This document shows, in pieces, positions 48,925 through 60,142 of a stretch of DNA of 64,000 bases. Under the pieces are notes generated by a model. The model was not told where the DNA came from and ran no database searches. It saw only the letters and a list, made by a program, of their open reading frames with translations. Every line of letters starts with the position of its first letter. Positions within the stretch are counted from its first letter, which is position 1. The translations under genes were made by a program, and so were the position numbers. Source of the DNA: an uncultured Chlamydiales bacterium (GTDB lineage Bacteria; Chlamydiota; Chlamydiia; Chlamydiales; JAAKFR01); contig CAWHVD010000001.1 of NCBI GenBank assembly GCA_963832835.1, positions 1,707,779 to 1,771,778 of the forward strand, in the 5' to 3' direction.

Positions 48925-50754
48925 ATGTCATCTGTTTCTGATCAAGTAAAAATCCGCACAGAGGTCCTGAAAGAAGACCAATGGAATGTTGCCGCTCTTT
49001 TCCCCTCCTTCGAAGCGTGGGAAAAAGATTTTTCCGCTGTTTGTGAAAAGCCCGCCTCCCCTTATTGGCCGAGCCTACAAACCTATCGAGGGAGACTACA
49101 GGAGGGTCCTGCCGTTTTGAAAGAGGCTCTGGACGTTTCATTCTCTATTGCCCGCAAGCTTGAAAAACTCTACACCTATGCCCATTTGCGACATGATGAA
49201 GAGATCACCAACGACAAACATAAAAGTGCATTCCAACGTATTTCTGCCCTCTTATACGATTTTCAGGAAGAATGCGCTTGGATTGAACCTGAAATCCTAG
49301 AGATCCCCGATGCACTCATCGAACAATACCTGAGCTCCTCTCTATTAAAAGAGTTTCGATTCCACATCGAAAAAATTGTGCGAATGCGCCCTCACACACT
49401 CTCGGCCGATAAAGAAGAATTGCTCGCCATGGCCGGAAAGCCCATGCAAACCCCTCCAAAAGCCTTTTCAGCGTTAAATAACGCCGATATCAAACTGGGC
49501 AAAGTGAAAGATGGTACAGGCCAAGAGAGGGAGCTATCGCATGGGCTCTACCAAATGTATCTACGCTCTCCAGACCGTACCCTACGCGCAAATGCTTTTC
49601 AAGGCATGCTCAGTAAGTATTCCGATCTGGAAAACACCATGGCAGAGCTGCTCTACGGCGAAGTGCAAAGTCATATTTTTTCAGCAAAAGCGCATAAATT
49701 CTCTTCCAGCTTAGATGCTGCACTATTTCCCAAAAAAATTCCTCAGGCCGTTTACCGCTCATTAATCGATGCCGTACGCGCTGGTCTTCCCTCACTCCAT
49801 CGTTATGTCAAGTTGCGCAAAAAGCTTCTTCAGTTAGATCAGATCCATCTTTATGATATGTACGTCCCACTGATCCCCCAAGTTGAGATCCACATGAGCT
49901 ACAGGGAAGCTGAAGAGCTCGTGATCGAATCAGCAGCTCCTTTAGGGAAAGAGTATCAGGAAATTTTGCGCACAGGGCTCAAAAATGATCTATGGGTCGA
50001 CAGATTTGAAAATAAAAATAAAAGATCAGGAGCCTACTCCAGCGGCTGCTTCGATAGCTTCCCCTATATATTGATGAATTTCCGGGGAATTCTACGTGAT
50101 GTGTTCACCCTCGCACACGAAGCGGGACATAGCATGCATTCCTATCTCAGCAACAAAAACCAGCCCTATCACTACAGCCGCTACCCTATTTTTGTCGCCG
50201 AGGTCGCTTCGACTTTTAATGAAGAGCTCCTCATGCACCTACTACTCCAGAGGCGAGAGAAAAAAGAAGAAAAGCTCTTCCTCATCAATGAAAAAATTGA
50301 AGATATTCGAGCCACCTTCTTCCGCCAAGCAATGTTTGCCGAATTTGAGCTAAAAATTCATGAACTTGTCGAAGCGGGTACTCCGCTGACTCCTGCTCTT
50401 TTAAGCGAGATCTTTCTTCAATTGAATCGAGATTATTTTGGCCCTGACGCCACAATTGACCCTGAGATAGCCATCGAGTGGGCCCGCATTCCCCACTTCT
50501 ATTATAATTTTTATGTTTATCAATACGCGACAGGCATCAGCGCCGCTCTGTCTTTAGCGGAAAAAACGCTGCAAGGTGATACTCATGCCAGGGATAACTA
50601 CCTCTCCTTTATAAAAGGAGGCGGCTCACTCTTTCCGATCGACCTGTTAAAATTAGCGGGAGTCGATATGACTACACCCGAGCCTGTGCAGGCGACCCTG
50701 CGCAAATTCGACTCTTTAGTTACTGATTTAGAACGACTAACTGACGCAAGTTGA
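48925..50754 (+). CDS. pepF: Oligoendopeptidase F (M3B)
   Basis: KRSGAYS, TLAHEAGHSMH, AEVAS, HFY..FYVYQYA. Confidence 0.95.
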   Translation: MSSVSDQVKIRTEVLKEDQWNVAALFPSFEAWEKDFSAVCEKPASPYWPSLQTYRGRLQEGPAVLKEALDVSFSIARKLEKLYTYAHLRHDEEITNDKHKSAFQRISALLYDFQEECAWIEPEILEIPDALIEQYLSSSLLKEFRFHIEKIVRMRPHTLSADKEELLAMAGKPMQTPPKAFSALNNADIKLGKVKDGTGQERELSHGLYQMYLRSPDRTLRANAFQGMLSKYSDLENTMAELLYGEVQSHIFSAKAHKFSSSLDAALFPKKIPQAVYRSLIDAVRAGLPSLHRYVKLRKKLLQLDQIHLYDMYVPLIPQVEIHMSYREAEELVIESAAPLGKEYQEILRTGLKNDLWVDRFENKNKRSGAYSSGCFDSFPYILMNFRGILRDVFTLAHEAGHSMHSYLSNKNQPYHYSRYPIFVAEVASTFNEELLMHLLLQRREKKEEKLFLINEKIEDIRATFFRQAMFAEFELKIHELVEAGTPLTPALLSEIFLQLNRDYFGPDATIDPEIAIEWARIPHFYYNFYVYQYATGISAALSLAEKTLQGDTHARDNYLSFIKGGGSLFPIDLLKLAGVDMTTPEPVQATLRKFDSLVTDLERLTDAS

Positions 50755-50781
50755 GAGCAAAAACTCTCAACTTGCATTAAT

Positions 50782-50808
50782 CTGGCACTCCAAGACAAAA
50801 AGTGCTAA
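50782..50808 (+). promoter_or_regulatory. CIRCE element (HrcA operator)
   Basis: CTGGCACTC-N9-AAGTGCTAA vs consensus TTAGCACTC-N9-GAGTGCTAA, upstream of groES. Confidence 0.85.
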
Positions 50809-50813
50809 TTTCA

Positions 50814-50842
50814 TTGTCTAAAAACCCCCCTTTTGATATCTT
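50814..50842 (+). promoter_or_regulatory. Putative sigma66 promoter of groESL
   Basis: TTGTCT-N17-TATCTT with TG upstream of the -10. Confidence 0.45.
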
Positions 50843-50886
50843 CACTACCTTACAAAAAACCTATTAACTAGTAGGAGCGCACAGAC

Positions 50887-51195
50887 ATGACAAATCAAGC
50901 CACACAAACCAAGTTAAAACCACTTGGCAACCGCATCTTAGTTAAACGCCTAGAATCCGATGAAAAAATGAAAGGAGGGATCATCCTTCCTGACACAGCT
51001 AAGAAAAAACAAGAAACAGCGACTGTCATTGCCATCGGTACGGGCAAGAAAGACAAAGCAGGGGCATTCATTCCCTTTCCAGTCCAAGTCGGCGATAAAA
51101 TCTTGATGGAAAAATACTCCGGCCAGGAAGTGACTCTCGATGGCGAAGAGCTTATCATCCTGCGCGCTGACGACATCATTGCAATCGTTGAATAA
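50887..51195 (+). CDS. groES: Co-chaperonin GroES
   Basis: KPLGNRILV, GGIILPDTAKKK, GDK.L..KYSG. Confidence 0.97.
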   Translation: MTNQATQTKLKPLGNRILVKRLESDEKMKGGIILPDTAKKKQETATVIAIGTGKKDKAGAFIPFPVQVGDKILMEKYSGQEVTLDGEELIILRADDIIAIVE

Positions 51196-51204
51196 TTAAT
51201 CTAG

Positions 51205-52842
<1,638 letters not shown>

Positions 52843-52862
52843 TCTCGACACCCTGTCAAGAC

Positions 52863-52892
52863 AAAAAAGCCCCTCATTCGAGGGGCTTTTTT
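52863..52892. terminator. Bidirectional intrinsic terminator after groEL
   Basis: AAAAAAGCCCCTC-ATTC-GAGGGGCTTTTTT. Confidence 0.9.
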
Positions 52893-53026
52893 GTTGATTA
52901 AGCCTATTGCAAAACTCCTGATTCTAGGAGACTCAAAGATTTTCAGAGCTACTGGCTCAACACGCCATGCCAACGAGAACTACCCGAATGGGTAGGTAAT
53001 GCACGCACCATTTACGTCTAAATTAA

Positions 53027-53187
53027 TACCATTTCCAGAAAATAAAGCCATGAAGTGGCACTGTATAACACGCCATTTTTGAACGATCCTTTCTTGCTTA
53101 GTTGCAAAAACATAGGCTTCGAAACGATCATCCAAATCTGTCATGTTATACAGTGCCACTTCATGGCTTTATTTTCTGGAAATGGTA
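53027..53187. mobile_element. MITE-A copy 9 (perfect 44-bp inverted arms)
   Basis: 161 bp; flanks TAA / TTA. Confidence 0.9.
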
Positions 53188-53189
53188 TT

Positions 53190-53950
53190 ATTCTCTAATC
53201 GCGCACTTGCATGTTGCGTATAGTTCTTTAGATAAGGAATCAGACCACAAAAATAGCCTAGGGCTTTTCGTAATGCTGATTTGGGAGTATCTTTACCTTC
53301 CATCGGCATCCCTTTGATACGCAGGATCAGCTCATCTGTGATCGGGATCTCTTTTTCTTGCCGAATTCTAAGTCTATCTTCGGGGCTCCGCTTCCAGGCT
53401 ATCCTCTCGAGCATAAAGAGGTACCGTATCTTGCGTAAAACCCAGTCTCTAAATGGAGGGTCTGTATGGGCCCAAAAAAATGACGCCGGATGTGGGCAAA
53501 ACGGGGTGACCAGTTGATCTCTTTTTTCTGTGCTAAGATCTCGTAAGCCCCATGCTTATCTGAATGGACCACCCCTTTGTAGTTTTTGAGAATTTCAAAA
53601 GCGTGCTCATAGCAGCGACTTTCTCTAAAATCATAAAGCCTGTAACCATTGCTTCCTGCAAGGACCCACATAAAAACTGTTTTGGCCTTATCCTTCTCTT
53701 GCATCTTGAGAGGGCTTTCATCAATAAACAGAGACTCACCTTCCATTATCTTGCGTCGCACAGCATTATAGAGCGGCTCTAGCTCCAAACCCACGCGTAC
53801 AACCCATTGGGAAAGAAGCTTTCGGCTGATCCTTAAACCATTTCTCTCATACATTTCGCTGATGCGATAGAGGGGCATATGGTCGGCAACTTTTTGGGTA
53901 ATGACCGCTGCTAAAAAGCTTTCGTCGCAAGCAAAAACCAAAGAAGGCAA
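53190..53950 (-). pseudogene. IS66-family transposase (TnpC) fragment, frameshifted
   Basis: K.ADHMPLYR, G..ISR..LS.W, IDESP, HSD...AY, AHIRR.F; second frame R..IRQE...P...LRKALGY. Confidence 0.85.
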
Positions 53951-54497
53951 GATCCTCTATCATAGAAGTACAACGAATGCAGAGGAAAATCAAAAAGGAG
54001 TCTACAGGTCTCCCGGGATACCAACACAAATTTTAAAAAGTAAAAAGGTTATTCTGTGAATTTTCAAATTGTAGTGTTAAATCCGACAAACTTCGACACC
54101 CTTTCTCGATAGTAACTCGCTGAACTTGAGCTAATTGTCGCCGCGCAATTCTCAAGGCTTCCAATCTCCACCGACCTTTCCTTACATGAGTTGGGGCTCA
54201 GGGATTACACCCCGATTCAATTATTCAGGACTCAATCCACTCATTTATTATTCTCAAGGTGATTCACAACAAAAGATCCAGCTATCCCAAAAAAATCAAA
54301 TTGCCTACAAGATGCTCCTTGATGAGAAAGGAATTCACTATCATAAGCGATGGGGTAATTTTCATCTCAGTACACACGAGGGTTTTAAAAGTGGATACCT
54401 GTTTCCACACTTAAAAAAAGCTCCAAATAACCCGCCCAGTTTTTTTGACGAATCCATTGCATTTAAATCCCCCGCTTCTTAAGATTTGCCCTTCTAT

Positions 54498-54569
54498 TCC
54501 GGGTTAGCTCAGTGGTAGAGCAGTGGACTGTTAATCCATTGGTCGCAGGTTCGAATCCTGCACCCGGAG
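54498..54569 (+). tRNA. tRNA-Asn(GTT)
   Basis: TCCGGGT acceptor stem, D arm GCTC-AGTGGTA-GAGC, anticodon loop CT-GTT-AA, GGTTCGAATCC; CCA not encoded. Confidence 0.97.
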
Positions 54570-54619
54570 TCTCTAGACTAGAGGCAGTTACAGCAAGAGT
54601 TGTAGCTGCCATTTTCAAC

Positions 54620-54775
54620 GATGGTGCACTGATGGTGCACTCACCCACAAAAAATGGCGACGACTCTTGTTGCCAACAATACGCTTCAATCTAAGGACAA
54701 AAGGGACAATAGGGACAAAACTCATTTGAGTTTTGCCTCATAGTTTTTCCTTGAATGCACCATTAGTGCACCAAA
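54620..54775. repeat. Putative integrase arm-type sites
   Basis: GATGGTGCACT x2 (54620-54641) and an inverted pair AATGCACCATT-AGTGCACCAAA (54754-54775). Confidence 0.65.
54693..54720 (+). repeat. Triple (G)GGACAA iteron cluster 1
   Basis: AAGGACAAAAGGGACAATAGGGACAAAA. Confidence 0.8.
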
Positions 54776-54904
54776 GGAAAGGTCGGTGAAGATTAGACGC
54801 CTTGAGACTAACCTCTCAATGAGAAATCAGAGCTTCCAACCGATGATTAGCAATCCATTGTCGTAACCTTTTGTGAATTGTTAAGATTTATTGGAGCAAC
54901 TACT

Positions 54905-55969
54905 ATGGCATACATTCAAGAACGTAAAAAAGATGATGGTAAAACTCATTACCGGGTTCAAGTTAGGTTGAAAGGATATCCGACAGCCACCGCTACATTT
55001 GAGAGGAAAACGGACGCAAAGCAATGGGCTCAACAAACAGAAGCGGCTATGCGCGAGGGGCGCTATTTCAAGACCTCAGAATCAAAAAAGCACACGGTTG
55101 GCGATTTAGTCGACCGCTACATAGAAAACGTCATTCCAACCAAACCCAGAAATGCCCCCGCCTGCACAGCCCAGTTGAAGTGGTGGAAAGAACAGTTGGG
55201 CTATTGCCTACTCTCTGACCTCTCCCCTGCTCTCATCGCAGAACAACGCGACAAACTCCTAAAAGGAATAACGCCCAAAGGGACCGTCCGCTCCCCTGCC
55301 ACTGTTGTCCGATATCTTGCTGCCCTCTCACACGCCCTTACTACCGCGACCAAGGAGTGGGGCTGGCTCGACGACTCACCTATGCGTAAAGTTACCAAGC
55401 CAACCGAACCACGTGGCCGCGTTAGGTTCCTCAGCGACACTGAAAGAGTCGCTCTTCTTACCGCCTGTAAAGAAAGTAGCAATCCCTATCTCTACCTTGC
55501 CTTCGTCCTCTCTATTTCAACTGGCCTCAGACAGGCAGAATTAATGACACTCCGGTCAGAAAATGTTGATATCTTCAAAGGACGAATTATCCTCCATCAC
55601 ACCAAGAATGGAGAAAGAAGGGCAGTCCCACTCAAAGGGCTTGCCTTACAGTTACTGCAAGCTCATCTCTCGTCCATGCAACAAGATATAGGCCTACTAT
55701 TCCCTTCTAAAGAAAATCCACAAAAACCAATGGACCTCCGTTTTCCATGGGAACAAGCCCTAAGACGAGCTGCAATTAAAAATTATACTTGGCATGATAA
55801 CCGCCATTCTTGTGCAAGCTATCTCCTTATGGCTCAATGCTCTCTTGCAGAAATCGCAGAGGTTCTTGGTCACAAAACGCTCGCCATGGTCAAAAGATAC
55901 GCCCACTTATCAGAAACCCACACAGCCCAAGTTGTGGAACGCATGAACCAACAAATATTTTGTACATAG
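54905..55969 (+). CDS. Tyrosine recombinase (integrase)
   Basis: GGAG RBS; TGLR..E, TKNG, HDNRH, LGH, RYAH catalytic residues; N-terminal arm-binding-like region. Confidence 0.95.
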   Translation: MAYIQERKKDDGKTHYRVQVRLKGYPTATATFERKTDAKQWAQQTEAAMREGRYFKTSESKKHTVGDLVDRYIENVIPTKPRNAPACTAQLKWWKEQLGYCLLSDLSPALIAEQRDKLLKGITPKGTVRSPATVVRYLAALSHALTTATKEWGWLDDSPMRKVTKPTEPRGRVRFLSDTERVALLTACKESSNPYLYLAFVLSISTGLRQAELMTLRSENVDIFKGRIILHHTKNGERRAVPLKGLALQLLQAHLSSMQQDIGLLFPSKENPQKPMDLRFPWEQALRRAAIKNYTWHDNRHSCASYLLMAQCSLAEIAEVLGHKTLAMVKRYAHLSETHTAQVVERMNQQIFCT

Positions 55970-55977
55970 GATAGACT

Positions 55978-56631
55978 ATGAAGATCAAATCAAAGGACCA
56001 AACTTTTTTCAATTACCTCCTCGAAAACTACCCAGCGAATGAATTTCGCTGGTCCAAAACACGCATTCTGACGTTACATCAAGGAGTGTTTTTGGCTTAT
56101 GGTATTGAGCCTGGGGATAACGATGAAAATGCTTTCCAGCTTCTTCATTTTGAGAAATTTCTCAAAGAAGTCGACGAGTTTTTAATTTTTGAGCTCTCCA
56201 TGAATGCCATACAAGCAGGTACCCTACCCATGTATGATAAGTTTCATATAGACGCTAAGGATTTTGTAGGATGGGCTAAGAAAATAAAAATCCCCATTAG
56301 AACTGAATTCTTTTATGAAGACCTCCCCAACGAAAGCATCAAACAAAAGGCAAACATTCGTGCTCGAAGACCTGACAATGAGGAGCTAAGAAAGAAAATT
56401 ATGGGCTTAATGGGACAAATTACACGCAATAGAGAAGAAAAAGAAGTGGCTGAAGGCAAGAGAAACAAAGCATCAAGCAAGGCTGATTACACACGGAATA
56501 AAGATATGCTAAAACTTATCGAAATCATCAACAAACTGGGAGGCCTTGAACCAGTGCAAGGGGACATTGATCCCGAATGGTTTAAAGACCTAGAAGATAG
56601 TCGTAATATAAAAAACAAACCAACTAAATGA
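55978..56631 (+). CDS. Hypothetical protein downstream of integrase
   Basis: 217-aa ORF starting 8 bp after int. Confidence 0.75.
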   Translation: MKIKSKDQTFFNYLLENYPANEFRWSKTRILTLHQGVFLAYGIEPGDNDENAFQLLHFEKFLKEVDEFLIFELSMNAIQAGTLPMYDKFHIDAKDFVGWAKKIKIPIRTEFFYEDLPNESIKQKANIRARRPDNEELRKKIMGLMGQITRNREEKEVAEGKRNKASSKADYTRNKDMLKLIEIINKLGGLEPVQGDIDPEWFKDLEDSRNIKNKPTK

Positions 56632-56979
56632 AATGATTCGCGTTGGCTTCATTACTCTACCTGAATCCCTGATGCGGATACTCTAAAGGAGTGTGTCTCC
56701 GCATTAACACAAAAAATCCGAATAAACCCGCTAAATTTCCTTATCCTTATCTTGCAAAAGTTACCGAATGACCGCTTAGGCGGATTCAAACTATTTAGTA
56801 AAATTGCTTATTCCCCTAGAGAAATACTACCGCATCAAGTCCATGCGGAAACAATCAAGCCTCGCCCGCTGTAATAAAACATTCTTCTTCATACTTTTTT
56901 GTCAAAAGTGAGCGAAATGGCTTGGCAACGTGCCGGCACGAGCGAGCTTGTTAAACAAGTCATATAGGCAAAAAAAATT

Positions 56980-57207
56980 ATGTCTGAAGATGAAAGTTAC
57001 CCTAAGAAAATAAAACTTATCCCTTTAACCGACTGGCCAAAACATCACCCCTGGCCTCCTTTAGGCGGGTTACGCCACTTGGTCTTCCACGCTAAGACAA
57101 ATGGCTTTGACCTAGTAATCAAACGCGCGTCAGGAAGAATTTTAATTGATGAGGCGGCCTTTTTTCGGTGGGTGTCTGAAAACAATACCAAGGGAGGTAA
57201 GGTATGA
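56980..57207 (+). CDS. Excisionase/AlpA-like small DNA-binding protein
   Basis: 75 aa, ...LR.L.F....NG....IKR.SGRILIDE..F.RWV wing motif. Confidence 0.6.
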   Translation: MSEDESYPKKIKLIPLTDWPKHHPWPPLGGLRHLVFHAKTNGFDLVIKRASGRILIDEAAFFRWVSENNTKGGKV

Positions 57208-57551
57208 TAAACCATTTTCATATCAAAACCCCTCGACAAAAAAGGGCTCTCGAAGTCCTTTTAGACAGATCAACCTCCGTAAACGACTTAGGTCCTGAAA
57301 TCGGCGCACTTAATCCACGACAAATCATCTTCGAGTTACGGCAGCAAGGCTTTCAGGGTATCATCCAAACCCGACGCTTTGAAGTAACTGACCGGGACGG
57401 CAATCAATGCCGTCCTGGCGAGTACTACATACCACTTGAACTAAAACCAATCGTGGAAAGGGCTGTACAAGAATATGTCCTCAAGGCGCGGACCAGGCGC
57501 ACAAGAGAGACTGAGAAACTAAACAATACCGATTGTAGCCGGGAGGTTTAG
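57204..57551 (+). CDS. Winged HTH protein
   Basis: GGAGG RBS, ATGA coupling; R.LE.LL.....V.DL...IG.LN....I.ELR..G. Confidence 0.6.
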   Translation: MINHFHIKTPRQKRALEVLLDRSTSVNDLGPEIGALNPRQIIFELRQQGFQGIIQTRRFEVTDRDGNQCRPGEYYIPLELKPIVERAVQEYVLKARTRRTRETEKLNNTDCSREV

Positions 57552-57554
57552 TAA

Positions 57555-59039
57555 ATGCAAGACCTCTATCCTAACAATGATGAATGGGGAGAGCCTCTCT
57601 CTTTAGTGGGGAGGGCTCTCCCCTCCTGGCCTCAGAATGTATTTCCTGATGCTATGGAAGATTTTGTTCGTGAGCTTGCTCGTTTCACAGAAACTCCAAT
57701 TGAACTCAGCGCGATGCTTGCTATCACCGCTGTTGCCACTGCTAGCCATAAAAAGTATCAGGTTCAAGTTAAAGAAGGTTACTGCGAGCCCGTCAATCTC
57801 TGGACAATAGGGATACTGCCTCCGGCCTCCAGAAAGTCTAGCGTATATAAAGAGATAGCAGCACCTCTTAAAGAATGGGAACGTGATCAGAAAGCTGCTC
57901 TCGAGCCACTCATTCGATCCGCAGAAAGCAATCTCAAAACTCAAGAGGCTCGACTCAAAATATTGAGAATGCAAGCTGCTAAAGCTTCCAATGATCATGA
58001 TTACGCTATTTTACAGGAGAAGATAGAACAGCTAGAAAGCGCATTGACAGCAATCCCCGGCTATCCTCGAATTTGGGCTAGTGACGTGACTAATGAGCAG
58101 CTTGGGGTGATCATGGCAGCCAACGGAGATGCCATGGCATTACTGAGCGATGAGGGTGGTATATTCGACATCATTACGGGTCTATATTCTGACGGTCAAA
58201 GCAATATTGACCTCTTCTTGCAAGCCCATGCGGGAAGTTCTTTCCGTGTAGATAGAGGCTCTCGCCCTCCTATTTTTATGGAACGAGCGGTATTGACCAT
58301 GGGACTAACCGTCCAGCCGCATGTGATAAAAAAAATCACTAGCAACAAGACCTTTAGAGGAAGAGGGTTGCTTGGTAGATTCTTGTATGTATTACCCAAG
58401 TCTAATATTGGTTCGAGAACATTGGACGAGCCTCCTATGTCACCTGAATGCTCTGCGCGTTTTCGAGCGATCATCACAGCGATTCTAAATCAGCTAACAC
58501 CTGCTACGGATACGATTGGAATACATACTCTCCAACTGGATGGAGAGGCATATGGAAAATGGCTAGAGTTTGCGAAATGTATTGAGACGTTGATGGGCGA
58601 AGATATAGGGTTTCTATCGCACATTACGGATTGGGCTGGAAAGCTCCCTGGAGCCGTAGCGCGCCTTGCCGCTTTGTTACATATTGCTCGTTACGCTCAT
58701 CAACACCCCCATGAACGTAAGATATCCCTTCATGACATGTCTGCCGCCGTAAAAATAGGACATACCCTGTTGCATCATGCATTAGCAATTTTCGACCTAT
58801 TGCAAGAAGATGATGCAATGCAGATAGCGCGTTCCATTTATCATTGGATAAAAGAGCAAAACCTAGAGCAATTTTCTTTACGGGATTGCAAGAGAAAATT
58901 CAGACGCCTTAAGGATAGTGTCCCAGCTGGTCTTTTAGTGCTTGAAGAAGCAGAGATTATTCGAGGATGGGAGAAAGCTCCATCCGTGGGACGCCGTTCC
59001 GATATGTATTCAGTCAATCCCAAGGTTCTAGAAAAGTAG
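57555..59039 (+). CDS. DUF3987/YfjI-family replication-associated P-loop protein
   Basis: PVNLW.....PASRKSS, DVT.E.L, SDEGG.F, VDR, G.TVQP, RGLLGRFLY. Confidence 0.85.
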   Translation: MQDLYPNNDEWGEPLSLVGRALPSWPQNVFPDAMEDFVRELARFTETPIELSAMLAITAVATASHKKYQVQVKEGYCEPVNLWTIGILPPASRKSSVYKEIAAPLKEWERDQKAALEPLIRSAESNLKTQEARLKILRMQAAKASNDHDYAILQEKIEQLESALTAIPGYPRIWASDVTNEQLGVIMAANGDAMALLSDEGGIFDIITGLYSDGQSNIDLFLQAHAGSSFRVDRGSRPPIFMERAVLTMGLTVQPHVIKKITSNKTFRGRGLLGRFLYVLPKSNIGSRTLDEPPMSPECSARFRAIITAILNQLTPATDTIGIHTLQLDGEAYGKWLEFAKCIETLMGEDIGFLSHITDWAGKLPGAVARLAALLHIARYAHQHPHERKISLHDMSAAVKIGHTLLHHALAIFDLLQEDDAMQIARSIYHWIKEQNLEQFSLRDCKRKFRRLKDSVPAGLLVLEEAEIIRGWEKAPSVGRRSDMYSVNPKVLEK

Positions 59040-59069
59040 CCGGCGCATATGCACATGATATGGAATAGA

Positions 59070-59098
59070 TTTTGTCCCTATTGTCCCATTTGTCCCTA
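59070..59098 (-). repeat. Triple GGGACAA iteron cluster 2 (inverted relative to cluster 1)
   Basis: Minus strand TAGGGACAAATGGGACAATAGGGACAAAA. Confidence 0.8.
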
Positions 59099-59131
59099 AG
59101 CAATTAAAATCAAAAAAAGGAACATACAAAC

Positions 59132-59815
59132 ATGAGCAAAGAAGAGAAAATCGAAAAAACCAAAGATGACATCAAACAAGTTGCACAGTCTTCGACAGAT
59201 AAGGAGATGATCACTGAAAAGAAAGAGCAGATAAGACAACTAGAAGAAAAAATCAAGTTAGCCAGCCAAACGTTGCTAAAGGGTAAATCCCCGATTTGGC
59301 TGAGAGAGGACCAGGGAAAAATTAAATGGGAATATCCGATTTTAAAGGACCCCCACAACTCCCTGTCTGATGTTTTGAAATACCTTACAGCCACAACAGA
59401 TTTTGAGCTTGCCGCCGAAATATTCGATAAAGGCAGGAACGCTCTTCCAGGCACAGAACGCCCCGGTCGAAATGCAAATCTAGCTCTTCAATCTCTTGCC
59501 GACAGTAGTCCAAGGGATGCTACAGAAGCTAGGCTGTGCCTACAGGCAACTGCTCTCTATTCCCAGGGTATGCATTACCTTTCTAGGGCAGAAGGTTCAA
59601 ACATGCTCTTCCATAGTGAGTTTTATATGAAATGTGCGATCAAGCTCCTACGCCTTCATAACGAAACAGTCGACGCAATTAGCAAGTATCGTAGAGGTGG
59701 CGAGCAACGTGTCCTTGTACAGCACGTCAATGTGAACGAAGGAGGTCAAGCCATCGTCGGGACAATCAACCATGGGGGCGGGGTAAATAAAAAAACTGAC
59801 GAGGTAATCCCATGA
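59132..59815 (+). CDS. Mobile-element hypothetical protein
   Basis: 227 aa with C-terminal GGEQRV.VQHVNV.EGGQAIVG; coupled to the HGGxSTG gene. Confidence 0.75.
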   Translation: MSKEEKIEKTKDDIKQVAQSSTDKEMITEKKEQIRQLEEKIKLASQTLLKGKSPIWLREDQGKIKWEYPILKDPHNSLSDVLKYLTATTDFELAAEIFDKGRNALPGTERPGRNANLALQSLADSSPRDATEARLCLQATALYSQGMHYLSRAEGSNMLFHSEFYMKCAIKLLRLHNETVDAISKYRRGGEQRVLVQHVNVNEGGQAIVGTINHGGGVNKKTDEVIP

Positions 59816-60069
59816 TACGAGAGTGCGGAGCAAAGGCCAGAACACATGGACACCAGCCATGCCGGCGTATAGCAATGGCCAATGGGCGCTGTCACCTTCA
59901 TGGCGGTAAAGTTCCTAAGCACAATCCTGGTCCAAAAACGGAAGAAGGCAAACTGCGCCAAAAAATGGGTTCATGGAAGCATGGCATGCGATCAAAAGAA
60001 GCTACTGCTGAGAGGCGGACCATTCGTGAAATAGTAAAAGATTATAAAAATGCGCTTGCAGGTTTATAG
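59812..60069 (+). CDS. HGGxSTG-domain protein
   Basis: CGAK.R.....PC...AM.NGRC.LHGG......GPKT.EG.......WKHG. Confidence 0.85.
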   Translation: MIRECGAKARTHGHQPCRRIAMANGRCHLHGGKVPKHNPGPKTEEGKLRQKMGSWKHGMRSKEATAERRTIREIVKDYKNALAGL

Positions 60070-60142
60070 CTTGCCCTTTTTTAAGAGATAATCATTTCCT
60101 AGAATGGCGCAAAACTTCTAAGTTGTTAAAGGCATGCATTTT

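Noticed and set aside
52896-53026. Possible further IS-end remnants after groEL and at 54040-54480 (including ORF 54135..54482)
   Set aside because: I could not find partner inverted ends, target duplications or second copies in the window.
54463-54694. ORFs 54463..54648 and 54512..54694
   Set aside because: They overlap tRNA-Asn and the att region; spurious.
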